This document shows, one piece after another, positions 40,111-63,104 of a DNA stretch of 64,000 bases (position 1 is its first letter; each line of letters opens with the position of its first letter). This DNA comes from Octopus vulgaris. Taxonomy: Eukaryota. Under the pieces are notes generated by a model that saw nothing but the letters and a program-made list of their open reading frames with translations, searched no databases and was not told the origin of the DNA. A program made the position numbers and the translations under genes. The stretch is taken from positions 19,530,001 to 19,594,000 of the forward strand of contig OX597825.1 of NCBI GenBank assembly GCA_951406725.2, given 5' to 3'.

Positions 40111-40679
40111 ATGTGTCCATCGTAGATAAATTTACTATTATTATTATTATTATTAATAATGAAAATTATTATTAACAATTATAATATTAACAATAGTTCT
40201 CGAAAATCAATAACCATAATAACAAATATTTCATTTATATTTCTATAAACAAATATAATCACAGAAATAAGAAATTGTTTTAATATGCATCGTACCTACG
40301 TGTACATGTTTAAAATAGATTAAGTAAGAGGAAGACTTGTGTTTAATGTTCAGAAAAATACAGAAATATTACGTGATATCACGAAAGAGACAATCAATCA
40401 TATTTATAAGTGAGTTTTTAATCCTTCACCAGACATTTCTCATTTCCTGGATTAAGTGTTTAATAAATTTCGTGCATAAAATCAAATTTGTCGAACTTTT
40501 GAAAGAGTGCATGTAATTTGTTAATTTATTTTAAAAATATATTAATGCGCATAGACATCATATAAACAGGCAGAAACTCATACACACACAAATCTCTCTC
40601 ACACGCATATTTACGTGTACTAATATCTATATACATTTATATATTTATATAAGCAGAGGTATTTATATGTATGTATGTA

Positions 40680-40711
<32 letters not shown>

Positions 40712-40994
40712 CATATTTATGTATGTATGTATGCGGCGGTTGTATATGTGCGTGCATAAAGCCACATCAAATACATCAGAAAAATATTCGTGTTAAAAAT
40801 GTATAGTATTTTCCACCCACCTTTTCTCTCCAGATACACTATGTATATAGATATATATAGACACACGCATATATATATATGTATGTATGTATGTATGTAT
40901 GAACGTATGTATATGTATATACATACATATATTCATATATATATATATGCATATTCATACGTTCATACATGCATACATTCATACATAAATACAT

Positions 40995-41033
<39 letters not shown>

Positions 41034-41071
41034 TTTGTCTACATATATTTATATACATAGTGTATGTGGAG

Positions 41072-41171
41072 NNNNNNNNNNNNNNNNNNNNNNNNNNNNN
41101 NNNNNNNNNNNNNNNNNNNNNNNNNNNNNNNNNNNNNNNNNNNNNNNNNNNNNNNNNNNNNNNNNNNNNNN
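41072..41171. other. Assembly gap (100 N)
   Basis: Exactly 100 N, a standard scaffolding spacer. Confidence 0.99.
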
Positions 41172-51033
<9,862 letters not shown>

Positions 51034-51080
51034 AGAAAAGGTGGGTGGAAAATACTATATATTTTTAACACGAATATCTT

Positions 51081-51161
<81 letters not shown>

Positions 51162-51171
51162 CATTTATACA

Positions 51172-51212
<41 letters not shown>

Positions 51213-51284
51213 ATGCATATATACATGTATATATATATATATATATATATGCATATATACATGTATATATATATATATGCATAT

Positions 51285-51339
<55 letters not shown>

Positions 51340-51373
51340 TATGTATATATATATATCTATATATGCAGATATG

Positions 51374-51439
<66 letters not shown>

Positions 51440-51865
51440 TATCTTCATGTATGTTTTTGTACCTGTGTATACGAATGTCTGTAGTATGATGTGTTTAAAA
51501 TAACCTCAATTTGTGTTTTGGGTAGGAGTCTAACAAGTTACATAATTTTTCACTTTTCCATTAGATAATCTGTATACATCCACATATACATATATTAAAC
51601 GACATTTTATGCAGAACGTAGAGTGATTAGAAAGACCAGAAGAAATTAAATGTTATAAAGCCTAACTGTGAGAGAAATGGCAGAATGTAAGTAAATTCCC
51701 TGCTGTGGAGTTGAGAACCCTAAAGACGGTTTTACTCTAGTTTTTTTTTATCGCTTCCTAGAGAAGAATTATCGGGTAGTGTTACCCTGTTAATACAATA
51801 GAATATTTAGTTGCTATGGTATTTTCCCTAATTTTGTCTATTATTGGAGTGGGTGGATTATGTTG

Positions 51866-52952
51866 CTACTTAACGCTTTTGCCTGATGGAATTGGGGTCA
51901 CCCCATGCTAGTTGTCCCATAGACATCATCATACATAGAGCCAACCAGGTTCCCCAGTGCTCTCCATTGCTGGCTGTCCCACACCAGCCCTTCTGCTTCT
52001 TCCAGGATGACGTCGTATTTCTGTAGATCTTCCTTAATCTTTTCCAGCCATCTGGCGCAAGGTTTGCCACATGTCTTCTACCTGCAGAAAACTGCCGCGT
52101 CGAATGAGAGAAAAGCCCTGGTAGGTTGATCTAGCAGGAGACGGAGAATATGTTAATACAAGCGCAGGCGACGGATAGCTATGAGGTGGAAGGCTGCGGG
52201 CTGATGTGTGAGCGCTTGCAGTTATTGGTTGGAAATTCTGATGGTACGATCTGACGTTCTCGATGGTTCTCAGGGCTCTTCTATCGAAGCTGTCAAACGT
52301 CCTCGCCAGGATGTTCGAGAGGGGTCACGTTTCTACTCAATATAGGTGAATGGAGAAGGCCGATGCGTTGAAGATAAAGAGTTTCATCTTCTGGGAGAGT
52401 GAGTAGTAGCGCCAGAGAGTTTCCATAGATTGTACATGACCACGGCGGCCAGACCAGATTCACGATTGATCTTCAGAGTCAGGTGTCCAATGATGGTTAC
52501 TGTGGAGCCTAGGTAGATGAAAAAACTGACACACGCCGCAAGGTTGGGGGTCAACATGGAAATGGGAAGTATCCGGGCCATCAGCTTGATCTTAGTACGA
52601 CACACTTGAAAGCGAAGCTTTGCTGATTCTTCTCCTTAAATGGTCGACCGCGCATTCCTCTGGAAATTTCTCAAAATCCTCAGTGCCCCTCCACCCTGCT
52701 CCAACTCTGCATGCAGGAGAATGGGTTTGACCGTGAGTGGTTCACCATCAACAGCAAGGACAGATATGACTGCGTGATCTCCACCGACCTCTTCAACTGT
52801 GTCATATATTATCTCATGACCAAGTTCTGTGAGCAAGTCTCTGACATTACATTCGACACCCACTACCTTAGCAATCTGGAGTATGCGGATGATATCCAGT
52901 AACTCGGTCGACCAGCTCAGGGACACCCTATTCATTTACAGAGAAGAATCAG
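51866..52952 (-). mobile_element. Decayed RTE-like LINE with inverted 5' segment
   Basis: Minus 51866-52637: EESAKL..TKIKLM, FIYLGS; plus 52640-52952: CVISTDLFNCVI..LEYADDI. Confidence 0.8.
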
Positions 52953-54019
52953 GTAAATATGGGCCCCCTAATGGCTCATTATAAATTTAGCTATATATAT
53001 TAGCAATATATGTTACGCACACTATAGTGCGTGTCTAGAATGGAATACATTTTAATTTCAGATTCCCTAGGCAACAGAGAAATATAAGAATTTAAACGTA
53101 TTCTACTATTATTTTGACGCTTTGAAAAAATCAGGATATCTCTTCCCAGACCATTTAGCAGTTTTCTTCCGCTACTCTAAAAAGCTGTATCCGTTTTCCT
53201 TCTTCACTTAATAGAAGTGTTAAGCTTTCCACATGTTAATAGCGCTTCCACTAAGTACATCCATTCACCTTATCCTGACATACATAATAATTTTACCATA
53301 GACACACTTGAACTGATATATTTAACATCTACCTCTTGAATACGTCGTTATTTGCATTAATATTGTCTTATCAATGTGATATTATATTCTAATTAAATGC
53401 AATTTTCTTATTCATATTTTCATATATTATTGCGCAATATACTGTCTCATTTTTATTCAATTACATGAACATTTCGCATCATCACGTCACTCTAAATATA
53501 TTTCAATTTACGTACTGTATTTTTAATTTCATTTTATAAAAAAACCCACCAATCTTTTGTTGTATTTCTCTCTATTTATAGTCGATTTTGCATTAATTAT
53601 TCATCCATTATGTTACTCCTGCATATGACACCACTCAATATTCATGTTCCTGTATGTCTATACGAATTTATGTACATTTCTGTGTGCGAAAGTGTCCATG
53701 CTGAGCAACACGTGTGCGAGGTTTTATTTCCTTGTTTACTATTGTTAGCATTCAGTCGTACGGCAAATTTGATCAAACACGCTCCAATTGACATGGCCTT
53801 AACTAGTTGACCTTTCTTAATTCCATGCTGCTTTTTTTTTTTTTTTTTTCTTTTTCCTTAACTTTATGCTTAATTCATTATTATATTCAGTGCCCATGTT
53901 CCTTTTTCTCTTTTGTCCCCACCACCGCCACCTCATCAGGTGCCTAATGTGTTTTTAACTGTTTATATTCTAATTTTCCTTCTCGCACATTTCTCCTTCT
54001 TATATTATGTCTATTTTAA

Positions 54020-54433
54020 GGCGGCGAGCTGGCAGAAACGCTAGCACGCCGGGCGAAATGCGTCGCCGTATTTCGTCTGCCGTTACGTTCTGGGTTCAAA
54101 TTCCTCCGAGGTCGACTTTGCCTTTCATCCTTTCGGAATCGATAAATTAAGTACCAGTTACGCACTGGTGTCGATATAATCTACTTAATCCGTTTGTCTA
54201 TCCTTGTTTGTCCCCTCTGTGTTTAGCCCTTTGTAGGTAGTAAAGAAATAGGTATTTCGCCTGCCATTATCTTCTGAGTTCAATTTCCACCTAGGTCGAC
54301 TGTGCCTTTCATATTTTCGGGGTCGATAAATTAAGTACCAGTTACGCACGGGGGTCTATGTAATCGATTTAATCCCTTTGTCTGTCCTTGTTTGTCCCCT
54401 CTATGTTTAGCCCCTTGTGGGCAATAAAGAAAT
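54020..54433 (+). mobile_element. SINE B with tandem headless second unit, 18-bp TSD
   Basis: Units 54020-54251 and 54252-54433; TATAT[T/C]ATGTCTATTTTA at 54001-54018 and 54435-54452. Confidence 0.9.
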
Positions 54434-55337
54434 ATATATCATGTCTATTTTATATTTCCCCTTTCTTCTTTTCCTTCTTCCCTATCTTTCTTCCTTTTCG
54501 AATACTTTTTCTTTTTCAGTTCATTCTCTGCCGTTCAGAGATATTATCTATTTTATCATATAATTATTTACGAATTCACTAATTTATTTCTATTCTCCCC
54601 TCTACTTCCTCTTATGTATTTCGTCTTTTCTCATCCCTTTACATACTAACTTTCCCTCTATATTTCACTTTTCTCTTCAATCTCCATCCCCTTTTTCCTC
54701 AGTCTCCTTTTCGCATTTCCTTTTTGCGGTTTATATATTTTGAAATGTGGACAAAAATGTTTTAATCTTCTAAGTGTTATCTTACATAACTACGAAAAAC
54801 CGGTGTACAAAATACATTCAGTTTGCTGTTTATCCTTATATATAAAGATATATATATATATGTGTGTGTATGGGTGCGTGTGTGCATATTTGAACTTGTA
54901 TTGTTATTTATTTTGTATTTTTTATTTTATTTTTATACACGTGTAGAAAATGTCTGCTGTTGGTTGGCGTCGGTTATCTAGTAACAATGACAAAAATATT
55001 ACAATAAACTTGCCGTGGAGGGTGAAAAATTAAAATTTCAGATGAAGTCCTTCTTTGAGCAACAGAGAGATGATAGTGATTCTTTTTCCTGCTTGTAGCC
55101 ACGTTTTCTAATTTTGAATATATTGGGAATATATTCCCACAATTTAGCGGTCGGGCAACAATAATCTGACAGATTATGCACCAACTTAAAACGAAGTGAC
55201 AGAGTAGATTTCAACGACTGAACCATTCAACACTGATCCAGTGGCCAGATTCCGATAATTTAATAAAATAAGTAACTACAAATAGATGATTATACGTGGT
55301 GGGGGTGCTTTTGTGTCTGCGTCTAGTTGAATTATGA

Positions 55338-56524
55338 ATTGGCAGGCTATTGACGCAAGAATCACCAGGAAAGGAGGTACTCCCTTATGACAAGCGACCA
55401 TATATGTTTCAAAGAATCAGAGATGTCATCCCAAAATACTGATATAGAGATAGACTTCACCAATATATGGAAGCGAAAACAATCCATGTACTGATAAGTG
55501 TTTGTGAATGATTAAGACAAACATCTAACCTAACTCTTTACTTGTCCATCTTCAAAGCCTACATGAAATATAAGGCAGATATTTTGTACCAATTCACATA
55601 CCCAGCTTCCCTAAAGTGACGCGGAACTGTTGAGTTAAGCGTGCCACAGAATTAAATATAAATTCTTCTGGAACATTTTTGCTCTGATCCTTCCAATAAG
55701 CAGTCAAATGATTCATGTTTAACAACATTTTCCTCAGCTCTTCACTGTAATACATAACAAGTATTATGGAATTCGGACTCATTCTTTTACATCTCCGCAG
55801 ACACTTACTGTTTTCGTATTGAAATAAATACAAAATGAACAGAAATTACAATTCGAAAATGTTAAAAAAAAATATCAGGTTACCACATATTGAAGAGCAT
55901 TTCATAAATGAATGATGGCCAACGGCAATAAGTTCTGTCTGGAACGGAAGTATTTTTCTTTGCATCGCCTCACATTAATATAGATTACGGTTTTTTATTG
56001 AATTTTTGCTCTTTTTGTTCCAGCAAACACATTCCTCAACAGATTTTTATTTTTTTGTTTATCACTCGGTATATATTATATGAACCTCCGGATAATAAAT
56101 TTTTCCCATCAACGTTTTGCATCAGTAACCAGTTATAGAAAGTAGATTATCGTTACAATTTCACCTTTCTTTTTTTCAATACAATAAAAGAAAACATATT
56201 TATATTTAATTCTGTGGCACGCCTTAACTCAACAGTTCCGCGTCACTGTAAGGAAGCTGAGTATGTGAATTGGTACAAAATATCTGCCCTATATTTCATG
56301 TAGGCTCTGAAGATGGACAAGTAAAGTGTTAGATTAGATGTTTGTCTTAATCATTCACAAACACTTATAAGTACATGGATTGTTTTCGCTTCCATATATT
56401 GGCGAAGTCTATCTCTATATCAGTATTTTGGGATGACATCTCTGATTCTTTGAAACATATATGGTCGCTTGTCATGAGGGAGCACCTCCTTTCCTGGTGA
56501 TTCTTGCGTCAATAGCCAGCCAAT
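55338..56524. mobile_element. Element with about 326-bp inverted arms and 534-bp spacer
   Basis: 55338-55663 is the reverse complement of 56198-56524 with few mismatches. Confidence 0.85.
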
Positions 56525-56527
56525 ATC

Positions 56528-57830
56528 TAATTACTTTGATCTTCTAGTGTGTCTGTACTGACCTTCCAGTGTGCCTGTTGCTTGAATAATATCTATGATA
56601 TTATTATTACTGGTATTGTTGAGCTTGTTATTAAAGTTGCGGTCTGTCAGAATCGTTAGTACTCCGGTAAAAGGCTTAGTGGTATTTCTCCCATTCTTGA
56701 CGATTCTTGGGTCAAAGAAGTGTGCAGTGTCAACTATATAGCATATGTGGTGCGCCTGGTCTACCACTACTAAGTCCGGTCCGCTATCATCATCATCATC
56801 ATTATCGTGGTCGTTATGGTTGTTGTTTTGTTGTTATTATTATTCATGGCGTGCACCAATAATTTACATTAGGAGTCAAGGTCCCTGATAACGGGTCACA
56901 ATGAGTTTCCTGAGATATCAAGGACCTTTTTTACAACAAGTCACCTCAAATCTCATAAATCATTCTTAGGGCTTTCGCAGAATATAGGACGGTATTCTAC
57001 TGCAGGTGGACGATGCGAGGTTCAATTCCAATTCTTCCCAGTCTTTTCGATAGCATTTAATGTGTCGTGGCAAATGCACTAATTCCAAGAGGAATAATTC
57101 TTGTCTTGGTCTTCCAGAGTCTCGTCAGTTCTCTGACTAGATCCTGATATTTCTCAGTTTTTTCAATTTCTTTCCTATCGACTCTATTATCATAGGAAAT
57201 TACAAAATTTATGACCTAAAACTGTTTATTTTATCCCCTATAATCATGTCTAGACTTTTACCTCAGTACTATGGCAGTCTTTATGGAGAAGTCTCACGAT
57301 ATCTTGTTACTCACATTTTCTATCATGAGTTCTGGTTCGTGTCCATTCCCCTTTTCTGTTGTTTTGAAACCACACGCTCGGCTGACATCCCAATGCGCTC
57401 TTAACTATTTTATAATTGTGCGTTTCCCTGCATTATCGAACACAGTTCATTAGACCGTGAGTATGAGTGGGGTTATTTCTCCGTTGTAGAATATCCATTT
57501 ATTTCAAGTATTCTACGTGACATGTTTAGAACCCAGTAGTATAATATTGTATGTTTTGTGTATATGGGTTTAGGTATACATTTGTCATCTGTCCCAAGGC
57601 CCCTAATTTTATACGAATTGCTTCTTTTTACAGTGCGGCCCCACTGCTTATCTCTGTTTCACGATCATTGCATTTGAATTCTCAAATTTTCTGAGAGATA
57701 TGTTAACGTTTGTTGAAACCGTTATTTCCATTGGAAAATATTTCTTTTCTTAGACCTTGGAAAAAACATCCGTCCTTGTAAAGTGGGTGTTTCTCTCTGT
57801 TCGGATAAGCATAGGCAGAAGATGTTCGCT
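56528..57830 (-). mobile_element. Three remnants of REL-endonuclease non-LTR elements (R4/Dong-like)
   Basis: PDLVVVDQ..CYIVDTAHFFDPRI at 56690-56782; EKYQDL..RLWK at about 57100-57170; GALG motif near 57600. Confidence 0.6.
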
Positions 57831-58459
57831 TCGTTGTTTTTTTGACGGTGACATGAATATACATATTCTCGTGTATATTTATGCCACCTCATTTGGTATT
57901 TTAAAACACATAGATACTACTTTTTAAGTATATGTCTATATAGAGAGGGTGAAGGAGAAGATAGAAAGAGAAAGAGATAGAGAGTAGGTTTATTGAACAT
58001 AGGAACATTCCTAATTATATAGACCGGAAGTCATGTGAACATGCGATCATCATGGCGGTTTTTTATCCTTCGTTGTCCTAAATGCAGGGCGTATAACCTT
58101 CATGAAGCTACTGGCGCACAGGTTGTTTGAACTATGCAATAATATCGGGAGGGCACAAACATACGAACTTCCTGGCTTATCTATCCAAATGAGCATCCAA
58201 ACATCTCCTGCGATACATCATGGAAATGGTGCTTAAATCAGGCTTCAGTGAATCTCTGAAACTCTTAAATCAATTCCAAATCTATATAATGTCGATGATC
58301 AGTACTTTGTCATTGTCTTCAGTGCATCTGGATCGAGTATTGTTCACTCTAGAACATCATCTGTTTAGTGATTATATTTAATTTCCAACGACAGAAATAT
58401 TCATAATCAAATCCTCGTTTATTGAGGATGTACTTTCTCAATATCTTGTGCATTTAGAA

Positions 58460-58663
58460 GGCGGTGAGCTGGCAGAAACTTTAGCACACCAGGCGAAATG
58501 CTTAGCTGTATTTCGTCTGTCTTTACGTTCTGAATTTAAATTCCGCCGAGGTCGACTTTGCCTTTCATCCATTTGGAGGTCAATAAATTAAGTACCAGTT
58601 GCGTAGTGGGGTCGACTGGCCCTTTCACCCAAAATATCGGGCCTTGTGCCTAGAGTAGAAACG
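58460..58663 (+). mobile_element. SINE B, alternative tail, 18-bp TSD
   Basis: AATATCT[T/C]GT[G/A]CATTTAG at 58440-58457 and 58664-58681. Confidence 0.88.
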
Positions 58664-59732
58664 AATATCTCGTACATTTAGCTCTTGACACATTGCTATA
58701 GTATCGAGGAATTTTAACAGGTATCTGAATATAGATACAGACGACATCACTAGAAGTCAGTGTACTCGAAACCATACTGATAATTAAGGCAATGAAAATA
58801 TCACACTTTAACGAGAAGTCAATAGACTAGTAAACAAGCATCAGGTTTGGCACTACATGACGAGTAATGCCGTTAGTAGTTCACTGACTACTCTGTTAAA
58901 GAGGTTGGTATCTGCATCAGATAGGAACTAGGATGATTATTACTATTACAAAAGCAACGAACAACTGAAATGGAGTTTGCCTGTTCCGTGCAGAGAGAGA
59001 GTCGCTTAATATATCTCTCCTACTTATCATTATTCATTTTCAAATGCATTGCGCTTGTTTCTTAAAGATTCTGGTCGGTGAATTCATTTAATTTCTCGAT
59101 GATAACTACTATCTACAACATTAAGACTGGTGAGATTTCAAGTATTTAAAGAAGTCGAAAACTGTGTTAACGCCACAGAGCTTTGTTAAGTACAAAATAC
59201 TTTATTTTTACATATTTCTCACAATAATTCAAAATATTCACATATGAGAATCTCGATGTAATCTTTTAATCAATATACTTTACAGCTGTTACAGCGTTTT
59301 TGCAGTATTGTTGCTTTTTATTGAAGAATTAATAGAATGACAGACTTTGGGAACAATATTATTTATTATGTTACATAAGTTATTTCAAATCCACCGGGTT
59401 TCAACTTCCGTTTTACGTGCCCATCAAATACCAGTCATATGCTGGGGCCGATTTTACTACTACTAAGTATTTCTTTTGCTTGTTTCAGTCATTAGATTAC
59501 GGATTATGCTGAAGCACCACCTTGAGGAACTTTTGGTGGAATGAATCGACACCAGTAATTGTTTTTTTTTATGAAGCTTGGTACTAATTTTATCGGTACC
59601 TTTTGCGAAACCGCTATGTTACAAGGACGTAAACACACCAACACCAGTTGTCAAGCGGTGGTAGGGGACAAACACAGACACAAAGATGCACAATATTCGT
59701 ACACATATGCATATACATAGATACACACACAC

Positions 59733-59767
<35 letters not shown>

Positions 59768-59770
59768 TAT

Positions 59771-60058
59771 CACCGTGAGCGACCAGACCATTAGATGTTG
59801 CTACACATCGCTGGTCACAATGCGCTTCGCATTGTTTTAGTCTTCAAATGACGCCATCCCACTGGTTAAGCGAGCAGACCAACAGAAAAAAGAGTGAGAG
59901 AAAGTTGTGGCGAAAGAGTACAGCAGGGATCGGCACCAACCCCTGCGGAGCCTCGTGGAACTTTAAGTGATTTCGCTCAATAAACACTCACAACACCCGG
60001 TCTGGGAATCGAAACCGCGATCCTACATCGGCGAGTTCGCTGCCCTAACTACTGGGCC
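59771..60058 (-). mobile_element. SINE C, tail type 3
   Basis: TGGCCCAGTAG A box, GTTTCGATTCC B box, distinct tail. Confidence 0.85.
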
Positions 60059-60095
60059 AAACATCGGTGTGTGGAAGCAAATCGTTGCGGAACCC

Positions 60096-60141
<46 letters not shown>

Positions 60142-60211
60142 CATACATACCTACATACATACATGCATGCATACATACATACATACATACATACATACAT
60201 ACATACATACA

Positions 60212-60247
<36 letters not shown>

Positions 60248-60264
60248 CACATGCATACATATAT

Positions 60265-60438
60265 AGAAATCCCAAAGACCGAAGAACAAACACAGAAAAA
60301 CAACAACGCGAGCCCGTGGTACATCTATTAGCAGACTCTCAGGGAAGGAAAGAAAGGTGGTTTTACGTTTCGAACAAAATTATTCTTCAGAAATAGAGAA
60401 AAGTCCAATAGAAAAAGAAGATGGAGGAAGAAAATCGC
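60265..60438 (-). mobile_element. Penelope-like fragment with degenerate hammerhead at 60361-60393
   Basis: Minus: TTT-CTGAAGA-12 nt-GAAAC-GTA-AAA. Confidence 0.45.
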
Positions 60439-60680
60439 ACGACTGGTCTTTTTCAGTTTCCGTCAAAGAAATCCCCTCACAAATTTTGATCGGCCGGAGG
60501 CTATATTAGAACTCAATTGCTCAAGGTTCCACGCAGTGGGACCGAACCCGGAACCATGTGGTTGGGAAGCAAACTACTAAGTACACAGCAACGCCTGCGC
60601 CTATGATTATTTTTATGCATTTCTTTAAAACAATATTGAAAACTGAATTGAAAATGGTAATTGAATTAGGAAAGATGAGA

Positions 60681-60717
<37 letters not shown>

Positions 60718-61860
60718 GTATTTAAACTGTTTGCAACCGATGCACCAAAGCAAGATATCGATATTGGCACACAAAGAGCTAGATAGAGGACGTTTACCGA
60801 AAGAACGATCGCCAAGTAATACTTTTTCTGGCAAACAGAAATCAAACTATCAGTGCTTTGCACACGACTGATGAAGCTGATATCGTATACTAATGCATCT
60901 GATGCGAAATGCAATGTGGTAGATTTACACGTATCTATTTTTATGAAGAAATTGATTTGGCATAAATAAACGGAGGTATTTTAAAGTTCGATTACATTGC
61001 ATGAGTTTACAAATATTTTTAGTCTAAAATCTCGCTAAGACTTCTTTGCTTATCAGGTTTATTTCGTATCTAAAAGCGTCAGGTAAAATTGATAGGCTAA
61101 GTAAATTGAATGGCTACGATTAAATGTATTAAATTAGGTGTGAAAGCCACACGCACACGAAACCCGAAAGCCAAAGTTAGTGAGAAAAAGTATATTTATT
61201 TAGTTTATCTCTACGGTATTGATAGATAAACAGTTGCAGTTTTTCTCTTATTTTCGTTTTATTTTATAAAACAAACTCTAATTAATTATAGATTTCTTTT
61301 GACTAGGCATAAAGCCATTTGTTTTCAAGGAAAGAAGGATAATTGACTGAATCAATAACAGTAGATTACTGGTTTCTTATTTTATCAACGTAGATGAGTG
61401 AATGTCGACGACCAAACTGCTGTAATTTGAGCACAGATCTTACAGTAGTGGAAGTAAATGCATTCAGACCGACACTATCATTGCCAGTCACTCTGTTGTA
61501 TGTGAAAGTAATCTGTATTTTATTGTAGCGAAAGAAAATCATGTTTACGTTTTACCTACATTGTGTGGTAGCAAATATAGTAGATATATTTTTTTTATCG
61601 ATTTCCAGTTCCAAAGCCTTGAGATTAGAGAAGAAATCAGTGTATGTTAAAAGGGTAACTCGATAATTAGAAAGCATTATACGATAGGTTGCCGTTTACG
61701 CATATGTAATTTGACTCGACTACATGTTTTTAGGGTATGTATGTCATTATTCAGCTTATTTCAAGATTTCTTGCCAACAGAGAAAGAACCGGTTTCTAAC
61801 CTAGATCCAAGGCTCCTTCATTAGTATTTCAACATCAACAACAGGGTATTTTTGTTTATT

Positions 61861-61927
61861 TGTATGTATGTATGTATGTATGTATGTATGTATGTATGTA
61901 TGTATGTATGTATGTATGTATGTATGC

Positions 61928-61960
<33 letters not shown>

Positions 61961-62008
61961 TGTATGTATGTATGTATGTATGTATGTATATGTGTGTGTA
62001 TGTATGTA
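61861..62008. repeat. (TATG)n microsatellite
   Basis: Direct inspection. Confidence 0.95.
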
Positions 62009-62009
62009 T

Positions 62010-62270
62010 CCTTCGAAACGTGGAGAAGATGAAACAGGGACAACTGAAGAAGGGGAATATTCTTTATGTTGTAAGTCTCGAATTTCTTTTTTTTTTTTCG
62101 TTGTTCGAAAAAAAGTTCGTTTTATGTTTTTGTTTTTCTATTTTCGTTTCTCATTGTGTTCAACGTTTATTTTGTCCTGCACCCGTATATGATTGTGAAT
62201 ATATACATATATATATAGGTATGTACATATATGTATGTATATATGCATATATTTATATATTATTTATATT
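62010..62270 (+). mobile_element. Repeat related to 39480-39765
   Basis: CCTTCGAAACGTGGAG..CTGAAGAAGG, TTTTCGTTTCTCATTGTG, TAGGTATGTACATATATG. Confidence 0.6.
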
Positions 62271-63104
62271 ATTATATGATGGAACGCCACGCATCATTTT
62301 CCAAGTATGTATGTATGTAAGTATGTATGTATGTATGTATGTATGTATGTATGTATGTATGTATTTATGTATGTATGTATTATGTATGTATGTGTACATT
62401 TGTATGTTTTATGTATGTATTCTCATGCATCTTGTCACGTATCTAGACATGCTGATATATATTTAAATGATAAACTTCTGGAACGTTTTACAGATTTTTA
62501 TAGTTCCAGTGATAGATTGGATCTGTAGTCTTCGAATTAGCTTTCTCATTTCTTGGTTCGAGAAGCCTAATTTCTCAAGATTAATGTATGTATGTATGTA
62601 TGTATGCATGTATTTATTTATTTATTTATTTACGTGTGTATGTTTGTATGTGTGTAGGGTGTTATAATTATATGTATATATGAATGAATGCGTGTATCTC
62701 AAGGTTAATGTATGTATGTATACATGTATTTATGTGTCTATGTATGTATGTGTGTAGGGTGTTATAATTATATGTATATATGAATGAATGCGTGATTGAA
62801 AGGCAAAATCGAAATCTAGTTCTTCAAGATATTTCTTGTATATATTTTGTTTACACAGCTGTTAATTTTAAATCACTCTGTGTTTACTTTTTATTAAGAA
62901 ACGGCTCATGTATTCATAAATTTCATCTGTTATTTGACGCTAGCACGGCTGTGGTTGACCAGTTTGTTTCACAACCACCGATCTCGTGGTGCATATCTTG
63001 GATGAAAGGGTTTTATGTCGTAAGCTCACATCGACTAATCCATTATAAATACAATTTGGTATGTATGAAATGAATGAATCCCGTGATATTCTCACGCATA
63101 CACA

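Larger units (their letters stand above)
30911..41071 (+). repeat. 10-kb duplicated segment, copy 1
   Basis: Starts ACAATTTATGGTTCAATGAG, colinear with 41172-51033. Confidence 0.97.
59471..60601 (-). mobile_element. SINE A split by nested insertions
   Basis: 3' half 59471-59683 and 5' half 60439-60601 in correct order and orientation. Confidence 0.7.

Noticed and set aside
58080-58330. Possible Penelope RT remnant (HLLRYIMEMVLK)
   Set aside because: Similarity too short to support a call.
60666-60914. Hydrophobic 82-aa ORF resembling a transmembrane segment
   Set aside because: No recognisable motif or splice support; runs into a (CT)n tract.
62581-62793. About 100-bp tandem duplication; also 21-bp tandem at 33293-33341
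   Set aside because: Ordinary slippage in low-complexity DNA; no repeat-spacer structure, so not CRISPR-like.
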